Assembly (NCBI GenBank): GCA_044339885.1 | Contig: JBIIUP010000002.1 | Span: 1-41,435 of the forward strand | Length of the DNA: 41,435 bases | Direction: 5' to 3' | Origin: Pirellulales bacterium | GTDB taxonomy: Bacteria; Planctomycetota; Planctomycetia; Pirellulales; UBA1268 | In this document: positions 1 through 9,021 of the stretch, piece by piece | Position numbering within the stretch: the first letter of the stretch is position 1 | Layout: each line of letters begins with the position of its first letter | Notes under the pieces: model-generated | What the model was told of the DNA's origin: nothing | Databases searched by the model: none | The model's input: only the letters and a program-made list of their open reading frames with translations | Made by a program: the position numbers and the translations under genes

Positions 1-2
1 AG

Positions 3-818
3 AACCTCGCGGAGAAGGATCCGCAGAGCTGGGCCGTGTGGCCGCTGTTCTTCCAGGATCCCTACCGCAGCGTCCGCGCCGACGAGTGGCCGGGGCTGCC
101 GGCCAACCCGGCCCAGGACGAGGGCCGTCCCAGCCGCCGCAACCCCTTCGGCACCGACCAGGCGGGCGTCGACGTGCTTGCCAAGATGGTGCACGGGACG
201 ACCGTGGCCCTGCTCGTGGGCTTCGTCTCGATGGGGATCGCCGGCTCGATCGGGATCGTCGTCGGCGCGCTCGGCGGCTACTTCGGCGGCTGGGTCGACA
301 TGCTCAGCAGCCGGGTCACCGAGATCGTGATGTGCATCCCCACGCTCGTGCTCATCCTGGCGATCGTGGCGATCCTCGAGCGGCCCACGATCTGGCACAC
401 CATGGCCATCATCGGCGCGACCGGGTGGACCGGCATCGCCCGGCTCACCCGCGGCGAGTTCCTCCGGCTGAAGAACAGCGAGTTCGTGATGGCCGCCCGG
501 GCCGCCGGCGCCGGGCCGGTGCGGATCATGCTCCGCCACATCCTTCCCAACGCCCTGGCCCCCGTGCTCGTGCCGATCACCTTCGGGATCGCCGCCGCGA
601 TCCTCGTCGAGAGCGCGCTGTCGTTCCTGGGCTTCGGACCGCCCCCTCCCACCGCGAGCTGGGGATCGATCCTCAACGACGCCCGCGGCAACCTCTCGAT
701 GTGGTGGCTGGTGGTGTTTCCGGGGGTGGCCATCTTCCTCACCGTCCTGGCCTACAACCTCATCGGCGAGGGGCTCCACGAGGCCACCGACCCGCGGCTG
801 CGGGAGGCGCGGAAGTGA
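3..818 (+). CDS. ABC transporter permease, peptide/nickel (DppC/OppC-like) family; 5' end outside window
   Basis: The frame stays open to the left window edge ([17 protein letters not shown]...). There are multiple TM helices and a permease signature region, [28 protein letters not shown]. Its stop overlaps the next gene start (GTGA at 815-818). Confidence 0.9.
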   Translation, partial: NLAEKDPQSWAVWPLFFQDPYRSVRADEWPGLPANPAQDEGRPSRRNPFGTDQAGVDVLAKMVHGTTVALLVGFVSMGIAGSIGIVVGALGGYFGGWVDMLSSRVTEIVMCIPTLVLILAIVAILERPTIWHTMAIIGATGWTGIARLTRGEFLRLKNSEFVMAARAAGAGPVRIMLRHILPNALAPVLVPITFGIAAAILVESALSFLGFGPPPPTASWGSILNDARGNLSMWWLVVFPGVAIFLTVLAYNLIGEGLHEATDPRLREARK

Positions 819-1852
819 CGCGGCTGCTGGAGATCCGGAACCTCGTGACCGCGTTCCACACGCCGGCGGGCCGCGTGCCGGCGGTCGACGGGGTGTCGCT
901 GTCGATCGACCGCGGCCGCACGCTCGGGCTCGTCGGGGAGAGCGGCTGCGGCAAGAGCGTCACGGCGATGTCGATCCTCGGCCTCGTGGCGTCGCCGGGA
1001 GTCGTCGAGTCCGGGGAGATCCTGCTCCACGCGGCCGCGGGCACCCTCGATCTGGCGCGGCTGGCCGAGCCGGAGCTCCGCAGGGTCCGCGGAGGACGGA
1101 TCGGCATGATCTTCCAGGAGCCGATGACGAGCCTGAACCCCGTGTTCACGATCGGGGAGCAGGTGGCCGAGGCGGTCCGGCTGCACCGCGACGTGACGCC
1201 CGTGGCGGCTCGCGCCCGGGCGCTGGAGATGCTCCGGCTGGTGCGGCTGGCCGACCCGGAGCAGCGGATCGACGAGTATCCCCACCAGCTGTCCGGCGGC
1301 ATGCGGCAGCGGGTGATGATCGCCATGGCCCTGGCCTGCGAGCCCGACCTCGTCATCGCCGACGAGCCGACGACGGCGCTCGACGTGACGATCCAGGCGC
1401 AGATCCTCGAGCTGCTCGCCGACCTGCGGCGGCGGCTCGGCACCGCGATCCTCCTCATCACGCACGACCTCGGCGTGGTCGCCGAGACCTGCGACGACGT
1501 GGCCGTGATGTACGCCGGCCGGATCGTGGAGCAGGCCCCGGCCGCGACGCTCTTCGCGCGGCCGCGGCACCCCTACACGATCGGCCTGCTCGCCGCCCGC
1601 CCCGGCCTCGCCGGGCACGGCGCGGAGCCCCTGCGGACCATCCCCGGCATGGTGCCGGCCCCGCAGGATTTTCCGAGCGGCTGCCGGTTCCATCCGCGGT
1701 GCGGGTTCGCCCGGGTCGCGGGGGGTCCGGAGGGACCGGCCTGCGGGGCGGCGGTCCCTGCGCTTGCGGCCCTGGAGCCCGGCCACCTCGTCCGCTGCCA
1801 CTACGCCGGGGCCCTCGGCGACCCGCGGCCGGTCACGGAGGGCCGCCCGTGA
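815..1852 (+). CDS. Oligopeptide/dipeptide ABC transporter ATP-binding protein (OppD/DppD-like)
   Basis: Walker [12 protein letters not shown] signature LSGGMRQR, Walker [13 protein letters not shown], and a Cys-rich C-terminal tail CRFHPRC...CHY. The GTG start overlaps the permease stop. Confidence 0.93.
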   Translation: MTRLLEIRNLVTAFHTPAGRVPAVDGVSLSIDRGRTLGLVGESGCGKSVTAMSILGLVASPGVVESGEILLHAAAGTLDLARLAEPELRRVRGGRIGMIFQEPMTSLNPVFTIGEQVAEAVRLHRDVTPVAARARALEMLRLVRLADPEQRIDEYPHQLSGGMRQRVMIAMALACEPDLVIADEPTTALDVTIQAQILELLADLRRRLGTAILLITHDLGVVAETCDDVAVMYAGRIVEQAPAATLFARPRHPYTIGLLAARPGLAGHGAEPLRTIPGMVPAPQDFPSGCRFHPRCGFARVAGGPEGPACGAAVPALAALEPGHLVRCHYAGALGDPRPVTEGRP

Positions 1853-2919
1853 CCCAGCCCGCCCCGCCGCTGCTCGTCGTCGACGGCCTGGCGACGCATT
1901 TCCCGATCCGCCGCGGGCTGCTCCGCCGCACCGTGGGGGCGGTCCGCGCCGTCGACGGCGTGAGCTTCATGATCGGCCGGGGCCGCACGCTGGGGCTCGT
2001 CGGGGAGAGCGGCTGCGGCAAGACGACCGCCGGCCGCAGCGTGCTCCGCCTCGTCGAACCGACCGCCGGGCGCATCACGTTCGCCGGCGAGGACGTGCGG
2101 GCCCCCCGCGGCGCGGCCCTGCGGCGACTGCGGAGGCGCATGCAGATCGTCTTCCAGGATCCCTACGGCTCGCTCAATCCGCGGATGACCGTGCGGGCGA
2201 TCCTCGAGGAGGGCCTCGTGATCCACCGCCTGGGCGACCCGGCGGGACGGCTGGCACGGATGCAGGCGGCCCTCGAGCGGACGGGGCTGGCCCGCGCGGC
2301 GCTCGACCGCTACCCGCACGAGTTCTCCGGCGGGCAGCGGCAGCGGATCGCCATCGCGCGGGCGCTGGTGTTGGAGCCGGAGCTCGTCGTGCTCGACGAG
2401 CCGCTCTCGGCGCTCGACGTGTCGGTCCAGGCGCAGGTCGTGAACCTGCTGGTCGAGCTGCGGGCCGAGCTGGGGCTCACCTACCTGTTCATCTCGCACG
2501 ACCTCTCGGTGGTCGAGTATCTCGCCGACGAGGTGGCGGTGATGTACCTCGGGCGGATCGTCGAACGCGCGGCCTCCACGGCGCTGGCGGCCGGCCCCCT
2601 GCATCCCTACACGCAGGCGCTGTTCTCGGCGGTGCCGAGCGTCGATCCGGCCCGACGCCGGCGGCGGATCCTCCTGCCGGGCGACGTGCCGAGCCCGTCG
2701 CGGCCGCCGTCGGGCTGCCGCTTCCACCCGCGCTGCCCGCTCGCCGAGGCCGTGTGCCGGGAGGTGGACCCGCCGGAGACGCGGGCCGGCGAGCATGCCG
2801 TGCACTGCCACGTCGCGGCCCGGGAACTGGAGCGGACCGGGGGCGACGTCCGCGCCGCGTCCGGCCGGATCGCCGCGGCCCTCGCGGCGACGGCGGCGGA
2901 ACCCGCGCCCCCGGGGTGA
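1849..2919 (+). CDS. Oligopeptide/dipeptide ABC transporter ATP-binding protein (OppF/DppF-like)
   Basis: Walker A GESGCGKT, signature FSGGQRQR, Walker [14 protein letters not shown]-terminal [14 protein letters not shown]. The GTG start at 1849 overlaps the previous stop (GTGA). Confidence 0.93.
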   Translation: MTQPAPPLLVVDGLATHFPIRRGLLRRTVGAVRAVDGVSFMIGRGRTLGLVGESGCGKTTAGRSVLRLVEPTAGRITFAGEDVRAPRGAALRRLRRRMQIVFQDPYGSLNPRMTVRAILEEGLVIHRLGDPAGRLARMQAALERTGLARAALDRYPHEFSGGQRQRIAIARALVLEPELVVLDEPLSALDVSVQAQVVNLLVELRAELGLTYLFISHDLSVVEYLADEVAVMYLGRIVERAASTALAAGPLHPYTQALFSAVPSVDPARRRRRILLPGDVPSPSRPPSGCRFHPRCPLAEAVCREVDPPETRAGEHAVHCHVAARELERTGGDVRAASGRIAAALAATAAEPAPPG

Positions 2920-3008
2920 CCGCGTATACTTCGGAGAGTCCGGCCGAGGACGCGGGCCAGGGTCGCAACGGCGACCGACGGCACCATCGGCACCCCCGGG
3001 ATCACGGC

Positions 3009-3767
3009 ATGCCCATCGCCCACCGTCCTGCGTCGGGCCGCTCGGCGGCCATCGCGGCGGTCCTCGCCACGGTCCTCGCTGGCGCCATGACGGCGGCCGA
3101 GCCGGCGGCCCGCGTGTCCACGCCGACGCTGACCCGAGAGGAGCTCATCCGGAAGTGGGACCTCAACTCCGACGGCAAGATCGACACCGGTGAGGCCGAG
3201 ATCGCCGCGTCGCGGATGCGCCGCGAGCGGGCCGAGATGAGGCTCAACTCCGGAATCGATCCGGTCACCGGTCGGCCCCGCGGCGAGGCGCCGCCCGCGG
3301 CCGAGCCGCAGCCCGATCCCGACGAACTCGCCGAGGATTTGTTCGGGCCAAAGGAGGAGCCGGCGGACGGCGAGGAACCGGATGACGACGCGGCGCCGGG
3401 GACACGGGTGCCGAGGCCCACGCTTCCCGAGCGGAAGCTCTCCGACCGGCAGCGTGCCGGTGAGCGGAAGCCGGCTGCTCCTGCGCCGAAGCGGCAGCCG
3501 ATCACCGGAGGAGTCCGCGGAGGTGGAGTCGCGGCCCGGCCGGGACACGGAGACGGGACGAAGGCGGCGCCGCTCAACGCCGGCCGACCACTCGTCACGA
3601 CCGGGCCCGTCCCCGGCCGCTCCGGCCGCCCGGGCATGGCGGTGCGGGGGCCCGTGACCGGCAAGCCCCAGGAACCGGCGGGGAACGAGCGCCGCGGCGG
3701 CCTGGTGCCGCAGGTGCGGCCGCCGTCCCGCCCGCCGCGCTCGACGGACCTGTTCGACCCCTACTGA
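3009..3767 (+). CDS. Secreted hypothetical protein with one canonical EF-hand loop and a long Pro/Arg/Gly-rich disordered tail
   Basis: ATG at 3009. Signal-peptide-like SAAIAAVLATVLAGAMTAAEP. The EF-hand loop DLNSDGKIDTGE fits the D-x-N-x-D-G-x-I-x-x-x-E pattern. The rest is low complexity. Only the last 252 codons of the 667-aa track ORF look real. Confidence 0.6.
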   Translation: MPIAHRPASGRSAAIAAVLATVLAGAMTAAEPAARVSTPTLTREELIRKWDLNSDGKIDTGEAEIAASRMRRERAEMRLNSGIDPVTGRPRGEAPPAAEPQPDPDELAEDLFGPKEEPADGEEPDDDAAPGTRVPRPTLPERKLSDRQRAGERKPAAPAPKRQPITGGVRGGGVAARPGHGDGTKAAPLNAGRPLVTTGPVPGRSGRPGMAVRGPVTGKPQEPAGNERRGGLVPQVRPPSRPPRSTDLFDPY

Positions 3768-3781
3768 CGATTGACGGGGCG

Positions 3782-4150
3782 ATGGCGGCACGCGAACACC
3801 CGACTCCGTCGCCCAGCGTCGTGCCGCCCCCGTCTGCGGCGGAGGATCCGGCGGCGGCGCTCGTCGCGGCCGGACTCGAGGGTCCCGTGCTCGTCGTGGC
3901 CGACGACGACTCGATCGGCAGGCTGGCACCGGCGTGGGCCGCGTCCTTCGCCGCGGTCGGCTGGGTGCACCGGGTGGTCGCGGGCCGCGACGCCGACCCG
4001 GCCGAGGTCGAGTCGCTGGCGGCCGAGGCCCGCAGCCTCAAGGCGGCCACCGTCATCGGCACCGGCGGAGCGTCGGTCCGCGCGGCAGCCCGGGCCGCCG
4101 CGGCGGCCGTCGGCCGGCCGTTCGTTGAGGCGGCCACCGGCGGCTCCTAG
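3782..4150 (+). CDS. Short hypothetical ORF resembling the N-terminal Rossmann-like half of the iron-alcohol-dehydrogenase/dehydroquinate-synthase fold (possible gene remnant)
   Basis: G/C dominates the third codon position. The pattern VLVVADD...AAEARSLKAATVIGTGGASV...GRPFVEAAT resembles the GGGS and P-x-x-x-PTT layout of that fold, but the ORF stops after 122 aa. Confidence 0.35.
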   Translation: MAAREHPTPSPSVVPPPSAAEDPAAALVAAGLEGPVLVVADDDSIGRLAPAWAASFAAVGWVHRVVAGRDADPAEVESLAAEARSLKAATVIGTGGASVRAAARAAAAAVGRPFVEAATGGS

Positions 4151-4199
4151 AATGCGGTGCTGCCGACGGGATTCATGCCGTCCACGAAGGGGAGAGACC

Positions 4200-6785
4200 A
4201 TGCGGGATTTCGAACGAAGGATTCGTAAGCGGCCCACGGCGGTCCTGCTCGGCGTCGTCGTGGTCGCGCTGGCGGTCGTCCGCGGCGGCACCGCGGCGCG
4301 TGGCGACGGGCCCGCCGTCCCCTCGGCCAGTTCGACCCGCGTGTTCACCTCCGGTGTTCCCGGCGGCTTCGAGGCCTTGAAGGCGGCGATCGCCCAGGCC
4401 AAGGAGACCAGCGGCCGGGATTATCGGGTCGTGATCGTCGACGCCGCCGGCGAGGCCGGGGACGCCCGCGGCCTGCTCGACCGGATCACCACCCGGTGGC
4501 GGGAGGAGGCCGGCGGATCCGGCGGCTTCGATGCGTCGGCCGACGTGACCATCGTCGTCGACGCGGGGGACAGGCAGATCGCCATGCTCGTGCCCTGGGG
4601 CGTCGAGGTGGGCAGCGGCCTCGACGCGGAGACCCTCCAGCGCGAGCTCATCGAGAAGGTGTTCGTGCCCCGGGCGAAGGACGGCCTCTACGACGAGGGC
4701 CTCGCGGAGCTCGTCACCGCCACCGAACGGTGGGTGCGTGAACGCGCCGACGAGAAGCAGGCCCGGGCCGAGGCGGCGCGGGTGTTCCGCACGCGGACGC
4801 TGCCGCTCGGGGTGGCGGGGCTGGCGGGTGCCGGCGCGCTGGCAGCGCTCGGCCTGCAGTGGGCCCGGCACCAGCGCAGGGTCGCCGCGGCGCGGCAGCG
4901 GCTGGCGGCCTTCAAGCAGGAGGTCGTCGCCCTCTCCGACCTGCTCGACGCCCAGCAGGAGCGGCATCGCATGCTGCCGCACAACGATCCCGACTTCAAG
5001 ACGCCGATGGAAGGCCTCACCCGGGCCGCCTACGACAACGTCCAGGGGGCGATCGCGCGGTATCGCGAGCGCTGGCTGGGGCTCATGGATGTCTGGGAAC
5101 ACGCCGAGGAGAAGATCGGCACCGAGTGGTTCCTGGGCACGGCGGCCGCCGACGAGACGATCCGCCTCCTCGATTCCGCCGAGGCGCGGCCCCCCCTGGA
5201 GGCCGTGGCGGGTGAGTGCCGCGGCCCGCTCGACGCGCTGGAAGGGGCGCACGAGAAGGCCCGCGAGCTCCTCGCCGCGATCGACGCCGACTCGACCACC
5301 GCCCGCGGCCGCCTGGACGGCCTCGCCAAGCGGGGCCGCTCCGGCGGGACGCTGGAGAAGCCGCTCGCCGCGGTGGCGCGGATCCGCGAGCGGGCGGCCG
5401 CCGAACTGGAACGCGACCCGGTCGCCGCCCGCGGCGCGCTGGAGGAGGCCGCGGGAACGCTGACGGGCATGCTCGGCCGGCTGGACGCGATCGAGGGGGC
5501 GGACGACCGGCGGCTGCGGGCCGCGGCCCGCGGCGACGAGATCGTGCGGCAGATCGGCGCCCGGCGCACGGAGGGCTGGCTGCTGGCGGAACCCGGCGCC
5601 AATCCCGACGACCGCATCGCCTCGGCCCGCCACGACTGCGGCCTGGCTGCCCAGCTGCTGGATGCCGGCGAGACCGACGCCGCACTGGCCTGCGTCGAGC
5701 GGGCGGAGCAGGCGAACGCCGAGGCGGCCACCCTTCTGGAGAGCATCGTCGCCGCCCGCGCGAAGGTTGACGAACTGCTGCCCGCCTGCGGCTCGCGGCT
5801 GGAGAGCCTCGCGGCCGGCCGGGACGCCGCCGCCGCCGCGGTGGAACGGCTCGCGGCCGGATACGCCGAGAGCTCCTGGGCCGACGTCGCCGAGAACGTG
5901 CCAAAGGCCGACGAGGGGATCCAGCGTGTGCGGACGCTCCTGCTGGAGGCCCGCGCTGCCGCCGATCCGACGCGGCAGGAGTATTTCCGGGCCGTGGCCC
6001 TCCTGGAGGAGGCGGTGCGGCAGGAGGACTGGATCGAGGGTTCGCAGGCCGCGATCACCGACCGGTTGACGGAGCTGGACCAGCTCCGCGGGTCGCTGCC
6101 GCCGCGACGTGACGCGGTTGCCGAGCGAATCGACGCGCTGGAGAACCGGCTGCGGCGGCAGCAGACCGACCGGGTGCGGGCCAACGAGCGGTGCCGGGAG
6201 GCGGGCCGCATCCTCGAGGTGGCCGACGGCCGCCTGGCCGCCGAACGGCCCGACCTCCTCCAGGCCGGGCAGCTGATCGAGGCGGCCGACACCACGGCCA
6301 CCCGCGCCGAGCAGTTCGCCGAGGAGGACGACCGGCTGGCCCGGCAGGCCGCCGGCGATCTCGAGGAGACCGATTCGCTCCTCCGCCGCGTGGCCGCCTG
6401 GTACGCCGAGGGCGTGCAGGCCGACGTCCGCGGCGCCGCCTCGATGCTCGAAACGGCCAAGTCGCTCCTGGCACGTCAGCGGTACGAGGAATCGATCAAG
6501 GCCTCAGGCGAGGCCGGGCTCGCGGCCCGCGCCGCCTACGCCGCGGCCACCGCCGAGGCCGAGCGCCGCCGGCTCCGGCGGCAGCAGGAGATCCAGCGGC
6601 GGCAGCTCGAGGACTCCTTCGCCCGGATGTCCCGCGGGGCGGGGCCGTGGGTGATCAGCCTCCCGGGCGGCGGCTACACCGGACCCGATCCGTGGCGGTC
6701 GCTCGGCGGCGGCCCGCGGGTGGCGGCCCCCACGCGGTCGGCCGGCGGCGGCTGGTCCCGCGACATCGCCCAAGTCGGCTGGTGA
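4200..6785 (+). CDS. TPM-domain membrane protein with a very long C-terminal alpha-helical (coiled-coil/spectrin-like) region
   Basis: ATG at 4200 preceded by gaaggggagag. N-terminal TM/signal AVLLGVVVVALAVV. TPM-like core YRVVIVDAAGE...DVTIVVDAGDRQIAMLVPWGVEVGSGLD...VFVPRAKDGLYDEGL. Second TM LPLGVAGLAGAGALAALGLQW. About 600 residues rich in A/E/R/L follow, ending in a Gly-rich tail with a terminal W. Confidence 0.8.
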   Translation: MRDFERRIRKRPTAVLLGVVVVALAVVRGGTAARGDGPAVPSASSTRVFTSGVPGGFEALKAAIAQAKETSGRDYRVVIVDAAGEAGDARGLLDRITTRWREEAGGSGGFDASADVTIVVDAGDRQIAMLVPWGVEVGSGLDAETLQRELIEKVFVPRAKDGLYDEGLAELVTATERWVRERADEKQARAEAARVFRTRTLPLGVAGLAGAGALAALGLQWARHQRRVAAARQRLAAFKQEVVALSDLLDAQQERHRMLPHNDPDFKTPMEGLTRAAYDNVQGAIARYRERWLGLMDVWEHAEEKIGTEWFLGTAAADETIRLLDSAEARPPLEAVAGECRGPLDALEGAHEKARELLAAIDADSTTARGRLDGLAKRGRSGGTLEKPLAAVARIRERAAAELERDPVAARGALEEAAGTLTGMLGRLDAIEGADDRRLRAAARGDEIVRQIGARRTEGWLLAEPGANPDDRIASARHDCGLAAQLLDAGETDAALACVERAEQANAEAATLLESIVAARAKVDELLPACGSRLESLAAGRDAAAAAVERLAAGYAESSWADVAENVPKADEGIQRVRTLLLEARAAADPTRQEYFRAVALLEEAVRQEDWIEGSQAAITDRLTELDQLRGSLPPRRDAVAERIDALENRLRRQQTDRVRANERCREAGRILEVADGRLAAERPDLLQAGQLIEAADTTATRAEQFAEEDDRLARQAAGDLEETDSLLRRVAAWYAEGVQADVRGAASMLETAKSLLARQRYEESIKASGEAGLAARAAYAAATAEAERRRLRRQQEIQRRQLEDSFARMSRGAGPWVISLPGGGYTGPDPWRSLGGGPRVAAPTRSAGGGWSRDIAQVGW

Positions 6786-6960
6786 GCCGACTCACCGGCC
6801 GCGTCGTGAGGCCGGGCGATCTGCGCGGCCCCGGGTGACTGGGCCGCGCCGGCGAGCCATGGCCGTCGGTGCCGCGAGGGCGCGCCGCCGATGGACCGCA
6901 ACGGCCGCCGCAACCGATACCCCCGGAACATCCGGCACTCCGTCCTGGGGGAATCGAGCC

Positions 6961-8082
6961 ATGCGTCTCCGCATCGACCTGCCCTTCGCCTCGCTGGGCC
7001 TCGCGCTCGGCGTCGCCTGCTCCTCCGTCGCCGCGTTCGCCGCGGAGCCCGCCGCCACACTGCAGCCGGCCAAGCCGACGGCGGCGGTCAAGTCCGGCGC
7101 CGGGCAGGCCACCGCCGCCCCGGCCTCCGAGGCCACCGCGAAGGCGAAGCCTCCGGCCCCGAAGAAGCCCGTGCTCGTGCCGGGCACCGGGGCACTGGTG
7201 AAGGGGGGCGGCGAGGACTTCGAGGACGAGAAGTGGAAGTGGTACTACAACCACCCCAAGAGCTCCGAGGAGATCGACAAGCGGATGCGCGGGCCGCTGG
7301 GCCGCAGCGCCAACGGCCGCTGGTTCGAGGGCCCCAAGCGGGGCACGCCCGACGTGGTCAAGCGGGTGGAACTGCCGGCGCCCGGCCTCGAGGGCAGCAC
7401 CCACGGCCTGCTCCTCTCGTCGCTTCACGCCGGCATTCCCGGCCGGATCACGATGCAGATGCAGCAGGACGACTTCGTCTACAACATGTCGAAGGCCGCC
7501 GGCCGCGGGCTCTCCGTCGCCGACAGCCCGAGCATGGTCGTCCGCGTCTACCTGCCGCCGTTCGAGCAGTGGGAGAAGCGGACGGGGCCGAGCTTCGGCT
7601 TCCGCGCGGGCTGCTTCACCCACGCGATCATCACGGCCGACGACCATCCCGACGAGGGCGAGTTCGGCCTCGAGGAGTACTGGCCGGGCATGTTCATCTG
7701 CTTCGAGAAGGCCGACGGCAAGCGGGTGAAGGAGGACACGGCCTACATCCGCGTCCGCGGCGGCAGGAACGGCGGCGAGATCCGCGGCCCGCAGATCACC
7801 GAGACCGGCTGGTGGACCCTCGGCCTCTCCTTCTCTCCCGACGGCATGGTGCACTACTTCGCCAGCCCGGGCGTGGACGACCTGACCATGGACGACCACG
7901 TCACCTCGCAGTTCCCCTACAACTACCGCACGAAGTGGGTGAAGACCTACTTCTTCAACGTCTGCACCCGCGACGACGGCAAGACCTGGAGCACGCCGTG
8001 GGTGATCGACGACCCGAAGGTCTACTTCGTCAAACGGGGCCAGCTGGCGACCGCTCCGGCGTCGAAGCCGCAGCCGCGGTGA
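6961..8082 (+). CDS. Secreted hypothetical protein (no family recognised)
   Basis: ATG at 6961. Signal peptide MRLRIDLPFASLGLALGVACSSVAAFAAEP, then an Ala/Pro/Lys linker, then an aromatic-rich globular region (WKWYYNHPK, GWWTLGLSFSPDGMVHYF, WVKTYFFNVC). Codon usage looks coding. Confidence 0.7.
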   Translation: MRLRIDLPFASLGLALGVACSSVAAFAAEPAATLQPAKPTAAVKSGAGQATAAPASEATAKAKPPAPKKPVLVPGTGALVKGGGEDFEDEKWKWYYNHPKSSEEIDKRMRGPLGRSANGRWFEGPKRGTPDVVKRVELPAPGLEGSTHGLLLSSLHAGIPGRITMQMQQDDFVYNMSKAAGRGLSVADSPSMVVRVYLPPFEQWEKRTGPSFGFRAGCFTHAIITADDHPDEGEFGLEEYWPGMFICFEKADGKRVKEDTAYIRVRGGRNGGEIRGPQITETGWWTLGLSFSPDGMVHYFASPGVDDLTMDDHVTSQFPYNYRTKWVKTYFFNVCTRDDGKTWSTPWVIDDPKVYFVKRGQLATAPASKPQPR

Positions 8083-9013
8083 CCGCCGGAGCCGCGCGGA
8101 GCCGCCACCAGCCGGCCAGCGTGCTGCCGATCACGGAGTGGACGACCGAGGAGATCGCACAGGGCACGGCCGTGAGCGGCTCGGCAGGAAAGTGCCGCTG
8201 GGCGAGCACCACGCCCAGGCCCGAGTTCTGCATCCCGACCTCGATCGCGATCGTCCGGGCGACCGTCCGGTCGTAGCCCAGGAGCCGGGCGGCGAGGTGG
8301 CCGAGGCCGAAGCCCAGGCCGTGGACGGCCGCCACGGCGGCCAGCAGCCGTGGGCCGGCCGAGCGGACGAGCTCGGCGTTCTGGCCGACCACGCTGGCGC
8401 ACACCAGCGCGATCGTGACGACGCTCACCAGGGGCGCCACCGGGAGCACGCCCCGCACCACCCGGGGGAAGAGCCGGTTGAGGGCCACGCCCGCGGCCAC
8501 CGGCAGCACGACGACCTGGAGCGTCGAGACGAAGAGCCCCACGCCGTCGACCGCCACGAGACGGCCCGCGAGCAGCTTCGTCAGCAGCGGCGTGAGCACG
8601 ACGGCGCCGAGCGTCGAGCAGGTGGTCATGACCACCGAGAGGGCGACGTCGGCCCGGGCGATGGCGGTGACCACGTTCGACGCGGTACCCCCCGGACAGC
8701 AGGCCACGAGGATCAGACCCACCGCCAGCGGCGTCTCCAGTTGCAGCGCCGTGGCCACGCCCCAGCCCGCCACCGGCATGATGAGGAACTGGGCCACGAA
8801 GCCGGCCGCCACCGTCCCCGGCCGGGAGGCCACGCGGGCGAAATCGTCGAAAGCGAGCGTGATCCCCATGCCCAGCATGATCACGGCGAGGCCGATGACG
8901 ATCGCCGGCCCGCGGAACCAGGTGAACAGCCCGGGCTCCACCAGCGCCAGCCCGCAGGCCACCACGACCCACACCGGAAACGCGTCGGTCGCCCGTTCGA
9001 GGGTGCGGCGCAT
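8030..9013 (-). CDS. Bile acid:sodium symporter (BASS/SBF) family transporter
   Basis: ATG at 9013 (MRRTLERATDAFPVWVV). Polytopic, with the family-typical GLILVACCPGGTASNV and IEVGMQNSGLGVVLA motifs. Its 3' end overlaps the convergent gene by 53 bp. Confidence 0.88.
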   Translation of the reverse strand: MRRTLERATDAFPVWVVVACGLALVEPGLFTWFRGPAIVIGLAVIMLGMGITLAFDDFARVASRPGTVAAGFVAQFLIMPVAGWGVATALQLETPLAVGLILVACCPGGTASNVVTAIARADVALSVVMTTCSTLGAVVLTPLLTKLLAGRLVAVDGVGLFVSTLQVVVLPVAAGVALNRLFPRVVRGVLPVAPLVSVVTIALVCASVVGQNAELVRSAGPRLLAAVAAVHGLGFGLGHLAARLLGYDRTVARTIAIEVGMQNSGLGVVLAQRHFPAEPLTAVPCAISSVVHSVIGSTLAGWWRLRAAPAVTAAAASTPERSPAGPV

Positions 9014-9021
9014 CGCGGCGG

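Noticed and set aside
1675-2815. Cys-rich C-terminal tails of both ABC ATPases (CRFHPRC...C..CH)
   Set aside because: This is a normal feature of the OppD/OppF C-terminal domain, reported to ligate an Fe-S cluster in some homologues. It is not specific to this locus.
1764-3008. Upstream 415 codons of the 667-aa ORF that ends at 3767
   Set aside because: This part overlaps the OppF-like gene out of frame and translates to Arg/Pro/Gly junk. The protein-like sequence with a signal peptide begins at the ATG at 3009.
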